Source: an uncultured Thermoanaerobaculia bacterium (GTDB lineage: Bacteria; Acidobacteriota; Thermoanaerobaculia; Multivoradales; J023). From it: a stretch of DNA of 64,000 bases. The stretch lies in assembly GCA_964565225.1 (NCBI GenBank), contig CAZMEL010000002.1, positions 12,648-76,647 on the forward strand, read 5' to 3'. The translations under genes were made by a program, and so were the position numbers. Of this stretch, positions 31,013 to 42,298 are shown one piece after another. Under the pieces are notes generated by a model. That model was not told the DNA's origin, searched no databases, and was given only the letters and a program-made list of their open reading frames with translations. How positions within the stretch are numbered: the stretch's first letter is position 1; the number at the start of each line of letters is the position of its first letter.

Positions 31013-32230
31013 CTAGCCGTCGCTCATCTGCTTGGCCTGTTGATTGATGGCGTCGAGCTTCTTCTTCAGCTCTTCGCGACGTTTGCGGATCTCGTCCTGC
31101 TGCTTGCGAACCCGCTCGTTGTAGTCCTGCAGCACCAGATCACGGCTGATGATGTAGATCCGCGGGTACTTCAGAACATCACCCTTCTCGTTGAAGCTGA
31201 TGCTGCCGGTCACCCCCGGGAAGTCCTTCACGTCGCGCAGCCCCTTGGGCACCTCGCTCGGCAGCGGCGCCCGGCCCCGAAGCGCCTCGGCAACCACCTT
31301 CATGGTGTCGTACCCGTGGGCAGCATAGATGTCTGGAGCTTCACCGAACTTCGCCTGGTAGCTCTCGGCGAAGGTCTTGATGTGGGCGTGGTCGCTATCG
31401 AGCTCGAACACGGATTGGGTGAGAATCACTCCCGCGGCGTCCTCACCCACCGGCACGATGAAATTCGGCGACGCGAAGGCGCTGGTGGTCAGGATCTTTC
31501 CCTTGTAATCTTCTTTCCGCAGCGCCTGCACCATGGCGCCGACCTCCTGGCCATAGGCGGTCAGATACACGGCCTTTGGCTCGAGGGTCAGCACCCGCTC
31601 CATGAGACCCGAGAACTCGCTGGTGTTGGTGGGAAACTCGATCACTTCCATGACCGAGCCGCCGAGGTTCTCGTAGGCGGTTCGGAAAGCGTTCTGGATA
31701 CCCTTCGCGTATTCCCGCTCCTCCGCCACCACGACGACCTCCTCGATCTTGAGGTCCTGGGATACGAATTGAGCCATCCGGCTGGCGGCTGCGAAGTCGG
31801 ACGGAAAGATTCGGTAGAAGCTTCTCGAGAGACCCGAGAGATCGGGGCTCGAAGCGCTCGGCGAGATCAATACCCGGTCGTACTCGTCTGCCACCGAGAC
31901 CATGACCTTGGCCTCCGCCGAAGTGACTCCACCCATCAACAACAGGGCCCCTTCACTATAGAGCTCGCTGGTATGGGTTTTCGCTTTTTCCGGATCGCTC
32001 TCGCTGTCCACGATTTTCAGCTCCAGGGCCGGCGTATAGCCTTCTTCTGCCTGGATTTCCTCGAAGGCGAGCTCGATACCGTTCTTGACCGCGATTCCGT
32101 AGGTGCTGTCCTCGCCAGAAATCGGCACGACAGCTCCAATCATGGTCACCTTCTCGCTGCACCCGGACATCAGGAACGCCGAGCAGCCTATGGCAAGAGC
32201 CGCGAGCCCTCTCGCTTGTCTCCACTTCAT
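31013..32230 (-). CDS. periplasmic substrate-binding lipoprotein (type I PBP, Liv/branched-chain amino-acid-binding family)
   Basis: Lipobox LMSGC. ANF-receptor/LivJ-like fold elements. Coiled-coil C-terminal tail. Confidence 0.7.
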   Translation of the reverse strand: MKWRQARGLAALAIGCSAFLMSGCSEKVTMIGAVVPISGEDSTYGIAVKNGIELAFEEIQAEEGYTPALELKIVDSESDPEKAKTHTSELYSEGALLLMGGVTSAEAKVMVSVADEYDRVLISPSASSPDLSGLSRSFYRIFPSDFAAASRMAQFVSQDLKIEEVVVVAEEREYAKGIQNAFRTAYENLGGSVMEVIEFPTNTSEFSGLMERVLTLEPKAVYLTAYGQEVGAMVQALRKEDYKGKILTTSAFASPNFIVPVGEDAAGVILTQSVFELDSDHAHIKTFAESYQAKFGEAPDIYAAHGYDTMKVVAEALRGRAPLPSEVPKGLRDVKDFPGVTGSISFNEKGDVLKYPRIYIISRDLVLQDYNERVRKQQDEIRKRREELKKKLDAINQQAKQMSDG

Positions 32231-32410
32231 CGATATCGACCTCCGTTCATCGGTGGGTAGATCTTCTTTCTAACCGAGCCCCCTGGCCGTGTCAAGCGAG
32301 CTCCGGGGAGGTCGTCTCGGGGCGGGGTGGCTCCAACGAGGTACGGCCTTGCACGATCACCGCATTCCTCCCTGTTCCGGCAAGGACCCTTCAAGGTTAG
32401 AATAAGTTCC

Positions 32411-32719
32411 GTGAAAGGCGAAGGACAAATCACCGTCACCTGCCCTGACTGCGGCTCCGATCTGACCATCGACGTCGCCACGGGGACCGTTCTCTTCCAC
32501 AAGGCCTCCCCGGACAAGGGCGAGCCCAAGAAGGACTTCGACGACCTGCTCGCCGGACTCGACGATTCCAGGAATCGAGCCGAGGAGATCTTTCAACGAG
32601 AGGTTACGGCGTTCAAGGATCGTGATCGGCTCCTGGAAGAGAAGTTCCAGGAAGCGATGAAGAAGGCGGAAGAGTCTCCGGACGACGAGCCGCCCGTCCG
32701 CCCCTGGGACCTCGACTGA
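32411..32719 (+). CDS. hypothetical zinc-ribbon-like small protein
   Basis: CPDCGSD motif. Charged C-terminal helix. Start uncertain (GTG at 32411 or earlier at 32327). Confidence 0.3.
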   Translation: MKGEGQITVTCPDCGSDLTIDVATGTVLFHKASPDKGEPKKDFDDLLAGLDDSRNRAEEIFQREVTAFKDRDRLLEEKFQEAMKKAEESPDDEPPVRPWDLD

Positions 32720-32986
32720 ACGGATCTCTCCTGCCCCTGGAAAACCGTGGAAATCCGCGGTTCTCCTTGCGCTCGAAGGACCCAAACGCTACGATCCGTT
32801 TCAGGATCTAGAACTTTGCATCGGCTGTTTCCGTGGATCTCGGCTCTCCGGCCCGTCGAGGGTTGTCAGGCCGATCCAGGAGGGTGATCTTTGCATCGCC
32901 GGTGCCTTGGACCTCGAAACATTGGCGAAGCTCGACCCGTCTACGGCGCGAGCTCACCGGGACCATCAGACGCGAGCGGAGGAGAA

Positions 32987-33331
32987 ATGGCAGAAGACAA
33001 GACGAGGAAGGTCACCGCTATCCGCCAGGCATTTACCAAGGCACAACTCTATGCCGCAATCAGCGAAGACACGGGCCTTTCCAAGAAAGATATCGCTGCG
33101 GTCTTCGATTCCCTTTCGTACTTCATGCATCGACACCTGAAGAAACGTGCCGTCGGGACCTTCACGTTGCCGGGCCTCGCAAAATTTGCCGTGGCGACCC
33201 GCAAGGCCACGAAAGAGAGGAAAGGTATCAATTATCTGACCGGCGAAGAGATGGTCTTCAAGGCCAAGCCTGCACGCCGGGTGGTGAAGATCCGCGCCCT
33301 CAAAGGGGTGAAGGAGATGGCCGAGACCTGA
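32987..33331 (+). CDS. HU/IHF-family nucleoid-associated DNA-binding protein
   Basis: 115 aa from ATG 32987. HU fold signatures (..KAQLYAAISEDTGLSKKD.., beta-arm RKATKERKGINYLTGEEMVFKAKP). Confidence 0.8.
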   Translation: MAEDKTRKVTAIRQAFTKAQLYAAISEDTGLSKKDIAAVFDSLSYFMHRHLKKRAVGTFTLPGLAKFAVATRKATKERKGINYLTGEEMVFKAKPARRVVKIRALKGVKEMAET

Positions 33332-33542
33332 GAATCCGAGCCGTCCGAAACGGACCCGGTCGAAGATCGGCGCCGTTCGGAGCGCCCCATGGGCCGGCAG
33401 AGGTCTCCGAGCATCGAGCCTCTGCGCGGCCTGTTCCCGCATCCCCACGGACTTTATTCCCTCGTCCACACCACCGGCAGAACATTGGTGGTAGATTCTT
33501 CCTGCGCTCGATCGGGTCGATCGGGTCTCGGAATGGTTTGGA

Positions 33543-34694
33543 ATGGATCCTGTGCAACGAATGATGGAAGCTGGGATTCGGCATCGCGGCGCCAGGTTTC
33601 TCATGGTGTCGGCCTCGGTGGTCATCGTCGTCGCCGGCCTGCGAGAAATCAAACCCATCGCCCTGCCGCTGATCGTGGCGATCTTCCTCTCGGTTCTCAG
33701 CTCACCGCTGTTGAGCTGGCTGGTCGAGCATCGCATTCCGAAACCCATCGCGGTCTTCGTGACCGTCTTCTCGAATCTCGCGGTCTTGATCGTGATGCTG
33801 CTGTTGATCGGTGGCTCGGTGCGAGCTTTTTCGGACTCCCTGCCCCTCTACCAACAAAGGCTGGAAGCCAAGGCCACCGAGACCCTGACATGGCTGCAGG
33901 GGCTCGGTGTCAACACTCGAGAGCTGAACTGGCTGCAGGAGCGAGCACCCATCGAATCCTCCGGGGATCTTCCCTCCGATGAAGCTGCAGGAGTGTTGGA
34001 AGAGCCGGAGGACATCAGTCTGATCGACATCAGCTCCGTCTTCGACCTGGTGGGCAGCACCCTGCGCAGTATCGCTTCCCTGATGACCAGGCTCCTCTTG
34101 ATCTTCCTGATGATGGTCTTCATCCTCTTCGAAGGCTCGGGATTTCCCAGGCGGCTCGAGCTCGCGCTGGGATGGACGTCCGACGACCTGGCGAGGATGG
34201 CCAAGGCACGCCGCGAGGTGCAGCACTACCTGATCATCAAGACTCTGATCAGCCTGGCGACCGGCTTTCTCGTCTACCTGTGGGTGTTGTGGATGGGGGT
34301 CGATTTCCCCTTGCTCTGGGGCCTGATCGCTTTTCTCCTGAACTACATCCCAAGCCTCGGCTCGATCATCGCGGCGATCCCCGCGATGATGCTCACCCTG
34401 ATCGAGATGGGGCCCGGTCGTGCTCTGATCGTGGGCTTCGGGTATCTGCTCGTCAATCTCGTGCTCGGTAATTTCGTCGAGCCCCACCTGATGGGGCGGC
34501 AATTCGGAATCTCCACCCTGGTGGTCTTCCTCTCCCTGATCTTCTGGGGCTGGATCTGGGGGCCGGTCGGCATGTTGCTCTCGGTACCCTTGACCATGAT
34601 GCTCAAGATCATGTTGGAGCACACCGAAGACCTGCGCTGGGTGGCGCAGCTGATCAGCAATCCGAAGAACCGACTAGCGCCCGAGTCTCCTTGA
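33543..34694 (+). CDS. AI-2E family transporter (PerM/TqsA-like permease)
   Basis: 383 aa, 8 TM. Conserved C-terminal LNYIPSLGSIIA...G.LLSVPLT region. Confidence 0.8.
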   Translation: MDPVQRMMEAGIRHRGARFLMVSASVVIVVAGLREIKPIALPLIVAIFLSVLSSPLLSWLVEHRIPKPIAVFVTVFSNLAVLIVMLLLIGGSVRAFSDSLPLYQQRLEAKATETLTWLQGLGVNTRELNWLQERAPIESSGDLPSDEAAGVLEEPEDISLIDISSVFDLVGSTLRSIASLMTRLLLIFLMMVFILFEGSGFPRRLELALGWTSDDLARMAKARREVQHYLIIKTLISLATGFLVYLWVLWMGVDFPLLWGLIAFLLNYIPSLGSIIAAIPAMMLTLIEMGPGRALIVGFGYLLVNLVLGNFVEPHLMGRQFGISTLVVFLSLIFWGWIWGPVGMLLSVPLTMMLKIMLEHTEDLRWVAQLISNPKNRLAPESP

Positions 34695-36580
34695 CCATCG
34701 AATCGATGAGCAACGAGGCACGGCTCCGAGCTCTGGTCGAGCACTCGCTGGACATCCTGTGCATCCTCTCGGCCGACGGCAGCTTCGCCTATGCCAACCC
34801 GGCGACCCGAACGGTCCTTGGGTGGCGAGAAGAAGACCTCATCGGTACCCGGATCACCGAGCTCGTGCACCCCGAGGATTTTCGCTCCCTGCAAGACGCC
34901 CTGGCGAAGAGCACTTCGGTGTGTGGGCTGCGCTTTCGACATGTCGAAGGCCGTTGGGTTTTCCTCGAAACCGCGGTGAGCCGCCACCTGGAGGATCCCG
35001 AGATCCAGGGATTCGTGGTCAATGCGCGAGATCGCAGCGAACGGCAGAGAGCCCGGGAAGCCCTGCGGAGCTCGGAAGAGAAATACCGCCGCCTCTTCGA
35101 AGATTCTCGCGACACGATCTACATCGGCACTCTGCAGGGTGAGCTGCTCGATATCAACGCCGCTGGCGTTCGGCTCTTCGAATACGAATCCAAGGAAGAG
35201 ATGCTCCGGCTCGACATCGGCCGAGATCTCTACTGGAATCCGCCGGACCGCAAGAGCCTCGAAGACCTCTTCACCGAGCAAGGTTTCATCGAAGACGCCG
35301 AGCTCGAGCTGAAGACCCGGACCGGCAAACGGCTCCGAGTTCGAGAGACCGCCTCACCCGTCTTCGACGAAGCCGGAAACATCATCGGCTTTCGTGGCAT
35401 CGTCCGCGACGTCACCGATCAGAGGAAGGTCGAAGAGCAGCTCCGGCAGTCGCAGAAAATGGAGGCGGTCGGCCGGCTGGCCGGTGGAGTCGCTCACGAC
35501 TTCAACAACCTGCTGACCGCGATCAACGGCTACAGCGAGCTCGTGCTCGCGCGGCTCGACGGTACGGATCCGATGGTCGAATCCGTGTCGGAGATCCGCA
35601 AGGCCGGGAAGAAGGCGGCCGACCTGACCCGCCGGCTCCTCACTCTGAGCCGCCACCAAGTCGTGGCGCCACGCAGGCTCGTGATCAACCAGGTCGTGCT
35701 CGAGATGGAGAAGCTCCTGCGACGGGTGCTGAGCGAAGACATCGTGCTCGAGACCCGGCTGGAGCCCGACCTCGATCCCGTCTACGGTGACCAGGCACAG
35801 ATCGAGCAGGTTCTCTTGAATCTCTCCGTGAACGCCCGCGATGCCATGCCGAGAGGTGGCCACTTGCTCCTGGAGACGAGCAATGTCCGGCTGCCCCGAG
35901 ATGCCTTGGTCCCCCAGACACCGGAGGGCCCGGCTCCGGGAGCCTATGTCCGGCTGATGGTCGAAGATACGGGAACGGGAATGGACCGGGAGATCCGAGA
36001 GAAGCTCTTCGAGCCCTTCTTCACCACCAAGGAACCGGGGCACAACAGCGGTCTCGGCCTGGCGATGGTCTACAGTATCGTGAAACAGGCCCGAGGCCAT
36101 ATCGAGGTCGAGAGCCGAGAAGGCTCGGGCACTCGTTTTCAGATCTACTTCCCTCGCCTCGAGCTCGAAACGACCCGGACGCCCGGATCCCCCTCTCCTT
36201 CCTTGTTGGGAAACGAGACCATCCTGCTGGTCGAAGACGAAGAGGCCGTCCGGGCTCTGGTCCGCCATGTGCTCGAGCTCAAGGGATATCGGGTGCTCCA
36301 GGCTGCCAGCGCTCTGCAGGCCCTTGCGATCTGTGATTCCCTGGAAGTCCGTCCCGATCTCCTGCTGACCGACGTGGTGATGCCCGAGAGAAGTGGAACG
36401 GCACTGGCCGAAGAGCTGGAAGAGCGCTACCAGGATCTGAAGATCCTCTTCATCTCCGGGTACACCGATAGCCACTCCGGAGTGCGGCTGATCACCGAAC
36501 GCAAGGCCGCCTTCCTGCCCAAACCGTTCACTCCCGACGAGCTTGCGGCGAAAGTCCGCGCAGTGCTGGACCAGACCTGA
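34691..36580 (+). CDS. hybrid sensor histidine kinase/response regulator with PAS domains
   Basis: Two PAS segments, H-box [15 protein letters not shown], HATPase N/G boxes ([22 protein letters not shown]) and a C-terminal receiver ([11 protein letters not shown]...D..MP). Confidence 0.8.
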   Translation: MTIESMSNEARLRALVEHSLDILCILSADGSFAYANPATRTVLGWREEDLIGTRITELVHPEDFRSLQDALAKSTSVCGLRFRHVEGRWVFLETAVSRHLEDPEIQGFVVNARDRSERQRAREALRSSEEKYRRLFEDSRDTIYIGTLQGELLDINAAGVRLFEYESKEEMLRLDIGRDLYWNPPDRKSLEDLFTEQGFIEDAELELKTRTGKRLRVRETASPVFDEAGNIIGFRGIVRDVTDQRKVEEQLRQSQKMEAVGRLAGGVAHDFNNLLTAINGYSELVLARLDGTDPMVESVSEIRKAGKKAADLTRRLLTLSRHQVVAPRRLVINQVVLEMEKLLRRVLSEDIVLETRLEPDLDPVYGDQAQIEQVLLNLSVNARDAMPRGGHLLLETSNVRLPRDALVPQTPEGPAPGAYVRLMVEDTGTGMDREIREKLFEPFFTTKEPGHNSGLGLAMVYSIVKQARGHIEVESREGSGTRFQIYFPRLELETTRTPGSPSPSLLGNETILLVEDEEAVRALVRHVLELKGYRVLQAASALQALAICDSLEVRPDLLLTDVVMPERSGTALAEELEERYQDLKILFISGYTDSHSGVRLITERKAAFLPKPFTPDELAAKVRAVLDQT

Positions 36581-36624
36581 AGATCCCTGCGGCGATCGCG
36601 AGACCGAGAGTCGACGATCGAGGG

Positions 36625-36680
36625 TTGACAACTGGTACCTCTCTGGTACTATTTCAATACAGGACCGGGATGGTACTTTT
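36625..36680 (+). promoter_or_regulatory. candidate sigma70-type promoter with overlapping triple TGGTAC repeat (putative Rrf2/suf operator)
   Basis: TTGACA at 36625 with a TACTAT-like -10 element 17 nt downstream. Three TGGTAC(C/T) copies at about 36634, 36645 and 36671, about 130 nt upstream of the Rrf2 gene. Confidence 0.3.
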
Positions 36681-36802
36681 TCAAGTGCTCGCCTTCGGAA
36701 TCCAAGACCCGGTTCTCATCGATTCTTTCGCAGAGCGCTTCTTCGACTTTCCCGGCTTTTCGGGGCGGGCGAAGCCTTGCTCTTTCATCGAACGAGGTTT
36801 TC

Positions 36803-37303
36803 ATGCTGCGAATGACCAAACAGGCCGACTACGGCATCGTTCTCCTGACCCACATGGCCAGCCAGGCAACCCGACGTTTTGCGGCCCCCGAGCTGGCGGC
36901 AGCGACCCGGCTTCCGCTGCCTACCGTGAGCAAGATCCTCAAGCTCCTGGGTCGCGAAGGTATTCTCGATTCCCATCGCGGAGTCAAGGGTGGTTATTCC
37001 CTCGCCCAGGATCCGCGGGAAGTCTCCGTGGCCGACATGATCTCGGCCCTCGATGGCCCGATCGCCTTCACGGAGTGTATTCCCGACACCCCCGGGGTCT
37101 GCAGCCAGGAGAACACCTGCCGCCTGAGAGGGCATTGGCAGATCATCAACCATGCGGTTCGACAGGCTCTCGAGCAGATCTCCCTCGCCGAGCTCTGCAA
37201 CCCGATCAGCCCTCATTTCTTCGAACGAAAATCGACCGAGGAGAGCCTGCCTTCACTTGAATCGTCTACGGGCGATGCAAAGTACCCGCTAGCTGCCTCG
37301 TAA
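36803..37303 (+). CDS. Rrf2-family transcriptional regulator (IscR/SufR-like, Fe-S cluster ligands present)
   Basis: Winged-helix N-terminus (DYGIVLL..). Cys cluster C-x7-C-x5-C (CIPDTPGVCSQENTC). Heads the suf operon. Confidence 0.8.
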   Translation: MLRMTKQADYGIVLLTHMASQATRRFAAPELAAATRLPLPTVSKILKLLGREGILDSHRGVKGGYSLAQDPREVSVADMISALDGPIAFTECIPDTPGVCSQENTCRLRGHWQIINHAVRQALEQISLAELCNPISPHFFERKSTEESLPSLESSTGDAKYPLAAS

Positions 37304-37348
37304 GGTCTTGAAAACTCTGGTGCCGTTTCTATTTTCAAGGAGCCATCC

Positions 37349-38797
37349 ATGACATCTACCGCCGAAACGATCGAACGGCTGTCGCAACAGGAATACAAGT
37401 TCGGGTTCGTCACCGATATCGAGCAGGAGACTCTACCGAAAGGACTGAACGAAGACATCGTTCGGATGATCTCCGCCAAGAAAGAAGAGCCCGAGTGGAT
37501 GCTGGAATGGCGTTTGAAGGCCTTCCGCCACTGGCAGACCCTTCAGGAGCCGGATTGGGCGAACATCAGCTACCCGCCCATCGATTTCCAGGACGCGCAC
37601 TACTATGCCGCTCCGAAGTCGAAGGATGACGGCCCCAAGAGCCTCGACGAGGTCGATCCGGAGATCCTCGCTACCTACGAGAAGCTCGGAATCCCCTTGC
37701 ACGAGCAAGAAATGCTTGCCGGAGTGGCCGTCGATGCGGTCTTCGACAGTGTCTCGGTAGCGACCACGTTCAAAGACAAGCTGGCGGATATGGGGATCAT
37801 CTTCAGCTCCTTTTCCGAGGCGGTCAAGGACCACCCCGAGCTGATCAAGAAGTATCTCGGCTCGGTGGTCCCCCACACCGACAACTTCTACGCTGCGCTC
37901 AACGCCGCGGTGTTCAGCGACGGGTCGTTCGTCTACGTGCCCAAAGGCGTGCGCTGCCCGATGGAGCTGTCGACGTATTTCCGGATCAACGCCATGAACA
38001 CCGGCCAGTTCGAACGCACGCTGATCGTGGCCGAAGACGACAGCTACGTCAGCTACCTGGAAGGCTGCACCGCGCCGATGCGAGACGAGAACCAGCTGCA
38101 CGCCGCGGTGGTCGAACTCGTGGCCATGGAAGGAGCCCAGATCAAGTACTCCACGGTGCAGAACTGGTACCCGGGAGACAAGGAAGGCAAGGGTGGTATC
38201 TACAACTTCGTGACCAAGCGTGGTCTCTGCGCCGGCCGAGGCTCGAAGATCTCCTGGACCCAGGTGGAGACCGGCTCCGCCATTACCTGGAAGTACCCCA
38301 GCTGTATCCTGAAGGGCGACGATTCGGTGGGCGAGTTCTACTCCGTGGCGCTGACCAACAACTTCCAGCAGGCGGACACCGGCACCAAGATGATCCACGT
38401 CGGCAAGAACACCAAGAGCACGATCATCTCGAAGGGTGTCTCGGCCGGCCGAGGACAGAACACCTACCGCGGTGAGGTCAAGATCCTCAAGGGGGCCGAC
38501 GGCTCTCGCAACTTCTCCCAGTGTGACTCGATGCTGATCGGAGACCGGTGTGGTGCCCACACCTTTCCCTATATCGATGTCCAGAATCCGACCGCGAAGA
38601 TGGAGCACGAGGCGACGACCTCCAAGATCGGCGAAGACCAGATCTTCTACTGCAACCAGAGAGGAATCGACACCGAAGAAGCGGTTTCGATGATCGTCAA
38701 CGGTTTCTGCAAGACCGTGCTCCAGGAGCTGCCGATGGAGTTCGCGGTCGAGGCACAAAAGCTTCTGGAAATCAGCCTGGAAGGCAGCGTCGGTTGA
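37349..38797 (+). CDS. sufB: Fe-S cluster assembly protein SufB
   Basis: 482 aa. Highly conserved SufB sequence throughout (e.g. [23 protein letters not shown]). Confidence 0.95.
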   Translation: MTSTAETIERLSQQEYKFGFVTDIEQETLPKGLNEDIVRMISAKKEEPEWMLEWRLKAFRHWQTLQEPDWANISYPPIDFQDAHYYAAPKSKDDGPKSLDEVDPEILATYEKLGIPLHEQEMLAGVAVDAVFDSVSVATTFKDKLADMGIIFSSFSEAVKDHPELIKKYLGSVVPHTDNFYAALNAAVFSDGSFVYVPKGVRCPMELSTYFRINAMNTGQFERTLIVAEDDSYVSYLEGCTAPMRDENQLHAAVVELVAMEGAQIKYSTVQNWYPGDKEGKGGIYNFVTKRGLCAGRGSKISWTQVETGSAITWKYPSCILKGDDSVGEFYSVALTNNFQQADTGTKMIHVGKNTKSTIISKGVSAGRGQNTYRGEVKILKGADGSRNFSQCDSMLIGDRCGAHTFPYIDVQNPTAKMEHEATTSKIGEDQIFYCNQRGIDTEEAVSMIVNGFCKTVLQELPMEFAVEAQKLLEISLEGSVG

Positions 38798-38895
38798 TCG
38801 GGAATCCCCAGTGAACTCAACGGCCCATCCGCCGGAATCGATGGCGGGTGGCCTCTTGCGAATCCATCGAAAAGCTCTCGGAGAAGATACGGATC

Positions 38896-39669
38896 ATGTT
38901 GAAGATCAATGACTTACATGCAGGAATCGAAGGTACGGAAATCCTCAGGGGAATCGACCTGGAAGTGGGCCGCGGAGAGGTCCACGCCATCATGGGGCCC
39001 AACGGCTCGGGGAAGAGCACCCTCGCCCAGGTCTTGAGCGGCCGTGAGGAGTACGAGGTCAGCTCGGGCTCGGTGTCGTTCGAAGGCCAGGATCTGCTAG
39101 AGCTCGACCCGGAAGAACGAGCCCGGGAGGGCCTGTTCCTCGCCTTCCAGTATCCGGTCGAGATCCCCGGCGTCAGCAATACCTACTTCTTGAAGGCCGC
39201 ACTGAACGCCATTCGCAAGCACCGCGGTGAGGACGAGATCGACGCCGTCGATTTCCTGAAGCTGGTCCGCGAGAAGATGAAGATGGTGAAGATGGACGAA
39301 GCTCTGCTGCACCGCCCGGTGAACGATGGGTTCTCGGGAGGTGAGAAGAAGCGCAACGAGATCTTCCACATGTCGGTGCTGGAGCCGAAGATGGCTGTGC
39401 TCGACGAGACGGACTCCGGTCTCGACATCGACGCGCTACGGATCGTTTCCGAGGGTGTGAACGCCATGCGATCGGACGGGCGGTCCTTCCTGGTGATCAC
39501 CCACTACCAGCGGCTGCTCAACTACATCAAACCCGACGTGGTCCACGTGCTCATCGATGGACGGATCGTTCGCTCCGGCGGCTGGGAGCTCGCTCTCGAG
39601 CTGGAAGAGAAGGGGTACTCCTGGCTCGAGCAGGAAGTCGCCGGCACTCCCGAAGCGGTCACCGCCTGA
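38896..39669 (+). CDS. sufC: Fe-S cluster assembly ATPase SufC
   Basis: ATG at 38896 (MLKINDLH). Walker A GPNGSGKST, signature FSGGEKKR, Walker B VLDETDSGLD. Confidence 0.9.
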   Translation: MLKINDLHAGIEGTEILRGIDLEVGRGEVHAIMGPNGSGKSTLAQVLSGREEYEVSSGSVSFEGQDLLELDPEERAREGLFLAFQYPVEIPGVSNTYFLKAALNAIRKHRGEDEIDAVDFLKLVREKMKMVKMDEALLHRPVNDGFSGGEKKRNEIFHMSVLEPKMAVLDETDSGLDIDALRIVSEGVNAMRSDGRSFLVITHYQRLLNYIKPDVVHVLIDGRIVRSGGWELALELEEKGYSWLEQEVAGTPEAVTA

Positions 39670-39683
39670 GGACGAAGACGAAC

Positions 39684-41006
39684 ATGCAGGCCATAGCAGA
39701 ACGTTCTCCCTTTGTCGCCGACTACGATTCCTTCACCCAGCGCCTGGGCTCTCAGCCGAGCGAGGTCGTCGAGCTCCGGCGTCAGGGACTCGAGCGCTTC
39801 GAAGAAGTGGGCTTCCCCACCCCTCGGCAGGAGGAATGGCGGAAGACGAATGTCCGCCCGATCGCGCGTTCCACCTTCCGCCGTGGCACACTCTCGGCGG
39901 CTCCCGGTGACCTGGATCCCTTTCGGCTGCCCGATTGTTGCGAGCTGATCTTCGTCAACGGCCTCTTCCGGCCCGAGCTCTCCCGGATCGAAGACCTCCC
40001 CGAGGGAGTCTTCGCAGGAAGTCTGGCCAAGGCTCTCGAGACGGTTCCCGACCGGGTCACGGAGCATCTCGGAAAACATGCCGACGGTGATCATCCGTTC
40101 GTGGCCCTGAACTCGGCCCACATCGAAGACGGCCTCTTCGTGCACGTGCCGAAGAACGTGGTGGTCGAAAAGACCATTCATGCCATCTTTCTCGGCACAT
40201 CGGAGGAGGGTGAGGCCACGGTTTCGTATCCTCGCAACCTCATCGTCACCGAGCAGAGCAGCCAGGTGACCGTGGTCGAGACTTTCGGAGGACTCCCCGG
40301 GGAGCGGTACTTCAACTGTCCGGTAACCGAGATCGTCGGCGGGGCCAACTCCGTGGTCGATCACTACCGACTCGGCCACGAGAGCCTCGACGCATTTCAC
40401 GTGGCGACCCAGAAGATCTACCTCGAGCGCGACACCAACTTCTTCACCCATTCCATCAACCACGGTGGCGCCCTGGTCCGCAACGACATCCAGGCCATGC
40501 TCGACGCCGAGGGCATCCACTGCACGCTGAACGGTCTGTACCTCGCCCGAGGAACCCAGCACGTCGATCACCACATGCGGGTCGATCATGCCAAGCCCAA
40601 CTGTCACAGCTACGAGCTGTTCAAAGGGATCCTGGAAGACCGTTCTCGGGCGGTGTTCAACGGCCGGATCTTCGTGCACCAGGACGCACAGAAAACCGAC
40701 GCGAAACAGTCGAACCGAAACCTTCTGCTCTCGCCCGACGCCCTGGTGCAGAGCAATCCGCAGCTGGAGATCTTCGCCGACGATGTCCGCTGTACCCATG
40801 GCTCGACCACCGGCCACCTCGACGACGAGGCCGTCTTCTACCTCCGCTCCCGGGGAATCAGTGAAGATGCGGCCAAGAGCCTCCTCACCTATGCCTTCGC
40901 CGGTGAGGTGGTCGACGAGATCCGTCTCGAGGCCGTGCGCAAGGATCTCGAGGAGTTCCTCTTCACCCGTCTCCCCAAAGGAGACATCGTGAGGCAGGCG
41001 GTATGA
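39684..41006 (+). CDS. sufD: Fe-S cluster assembly protein SufD
   Basis: 440 aa. SufD beta-helix family. C-terminal region resembles SufB. Confidence 0.9.
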   Translation: MQAIAERSPFVADYDSFTQRLGSQPSEVVELRRQGLERFEEVGFPTPRQEEWRKTNVRPIARSTFRRGTLSAAPGDLDPFRLPDCCELIFVNGLFRPELSRIEDLPEGVFAGSLAKALETVPDRVTEHLGKHADGDHPFVALNSAHIEDGLFVHVPKNVVVEKTIHAIFLGTSEEGEATVSYPRNLIVTEQSSQVTVVETFGGLPGERYFNCPVTEIVGGANSVVDHYRLGHESLDAFHVATQKIYLERDTNFFTHSINHGGALVRNDIQAMLDAEGIHCTLNGLYLARGTQHVDHHMRVDHAKPNCHSYELFKGILEDRSRAVFNGRIFVHQDAQKTDAKQSNRNLLLSPDALVQSNPQLEIFADDVRCTHGSTTGHLDDEAVFYLRSRGISEDAAKSLLTYAFAGEVVDEIRLEAVRKDLEEFLFTRLPKGDIVRQAV

Positions 41007-42298
41007 GCACGACCGAGCTCGGAGCGATCTCCGAGGCCCGAGAAGAGCCCGGAGTGGCTCCTTTCGCCGATGAGGATCGGTTCGACGTCGAACGGATCCG
41101 AGAGGATTTCCCCGGGCTCGGTCAGATCATTCACGGCAAACCCCTGGTCTACCTGGACAATGCCGCTTCGGCCCAGAAGCCGCAGGCCGTGATCGATGCG
41201 GTTGCCCATGCCTACACGTACGACTACTCGAACGTCCACCGAGGTGTGCACACGCTCTCGCAGCGAGCTACGGAAGCCTACGAGCAGGCCCGCGAAGAGG
41301 CCCGTCGGTTTCTCGGCGCGGAAAAACGCGAGGAGGTCGTGTTTCTTCGCGGTACCACCGAGGGAATCAATCTCGTCGCCCAGAGCTTCGTGAGGCCTCG
41401 CCTACAGCCGGGCGACGAGATCGTTCTCTCGACCATGGAGCACCACTCGAACATCGTGCCCTGGCAGATGCTCTGCCAGGAGACCGGTGCGGTCTTGAAG
41501 ATTGCTCCGATCGACGACCGCGGCGATCTCGACCTCGAAGCCTACGAGGCCCTGCTCGGCGAGCGCACCCGCATCGTTTCGATGGTCCACTACTCGAATT
41601 CTCTCGGCACCATCAATCCGGTGCGGCAGATCGTCGAGCGGGCTCGAGCGCGTGGAATCCCGACCCTGCTCGACGGTGCCCAGGCAGCACCGCACGGTCG
41701 GATCGACGTCCAGGATCTTGGTTGCGACTTCTACACCCTTTCCGGTCACAAGCTCTTCGGTCCGACCGGAATCGGAGTGTTGTGGGGCCGGGAGAGCCAC
41801 CTGCGATCGATGGTGCCCTACCAGGGTGGCGGCGACATGATCCTGTCGGTCACCTTCGAGCACACCGAATACAACGAGCCTCCCCACCGATTCGAGGCCG
41901 GCACGCCGAATATCGTCGGAGCGATCGGCCTCGCCGCCGCCATGCGCTACGTTTCGGCCCTCGATCCCGAGCAGGTGCGAGCGCACGAGCAGAGCCTCCT
42001 TCGTTATGCGACCCGTCGCTTGCAGGAGATCCCGGGGCTCCGGATCATCGGCACGGCTCGGGAGAAGACCTCTGTCGTTTCCTTCTTGCTCGATGGTGTC
42101 CATGCCCACGACGTCGGCACCATCCTCGATCAAGAAGGAGTCGCTGTCCGGGTCGGTCATCACTGCACCCAACCGCTGATGGAACGCTTCGGAGTGGCTT
42201 CTACAGCTCGGGCTTCCTTCGCCTTCTACAACACCCACCAAGAGGTCGACCGCCTGGTCGAAGGGCTTGGCCAGGTCGTGGAGATTTTTTCAGAATGA
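41003..42298 (+). CDS. sufS: cysteine desulfurase SufS
   Basis: PLP Lys motif (SGHKLFGPTGIGVLWG). Active-site Cys loop (RVGHHCTQPL). Confidence 0.9.
   Translation: MSTTELGAISEAREEPGVAPFADEDRFDVERIREDFPGLGQIIHGKPLVYLDNAASAQKPQAVIDAVAHAYTYDYSNVHRGVHTLSQRATEAYEQAREEARRFLGAEKREEVVFLRGTTEGINLVAQSFVRPRLQPGDEIVLSTMEHHSNIVPWQMLCQETGAVLKIAPIDDRGDLDLEAYEALLGERTRIVSMVHYSNSLGTINPVRQIVERARARGIPTLLDGAQAAPHGRIDVQDLGCDFYTLSGHKLFGPTGIGVLWGRESHLRSMVPYQGGGDMILSVTFEHTEYNEPPHRFEAGTPNIVGAIGLAAAMRYVSALDPEQVRAHEQSLLRYATRRLQEIPGLRIIGTAREKTSVVSFLLDGVHAHDVGTILDQEGVAVRVGHHCTQPLMERFGVASTARASFAFYNTHQEVDRLVEGLGQVVEIFSE

Noticed and set aside
33310-33380. Possible terminator hairpin after the HU gene (GTCCGaaaCGGAC)
   Set aside because: Only a 5-bp stem and no downstream U-tract. 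Too weak to call an intrinsic terminator.
35354-36631. 425-aa minus-strand ORF opposite the histidine kinase
   Set aside because: Antisense artefact. The kinase frame carries H-box, N, G1 and G2 boxes and a receiver domain.
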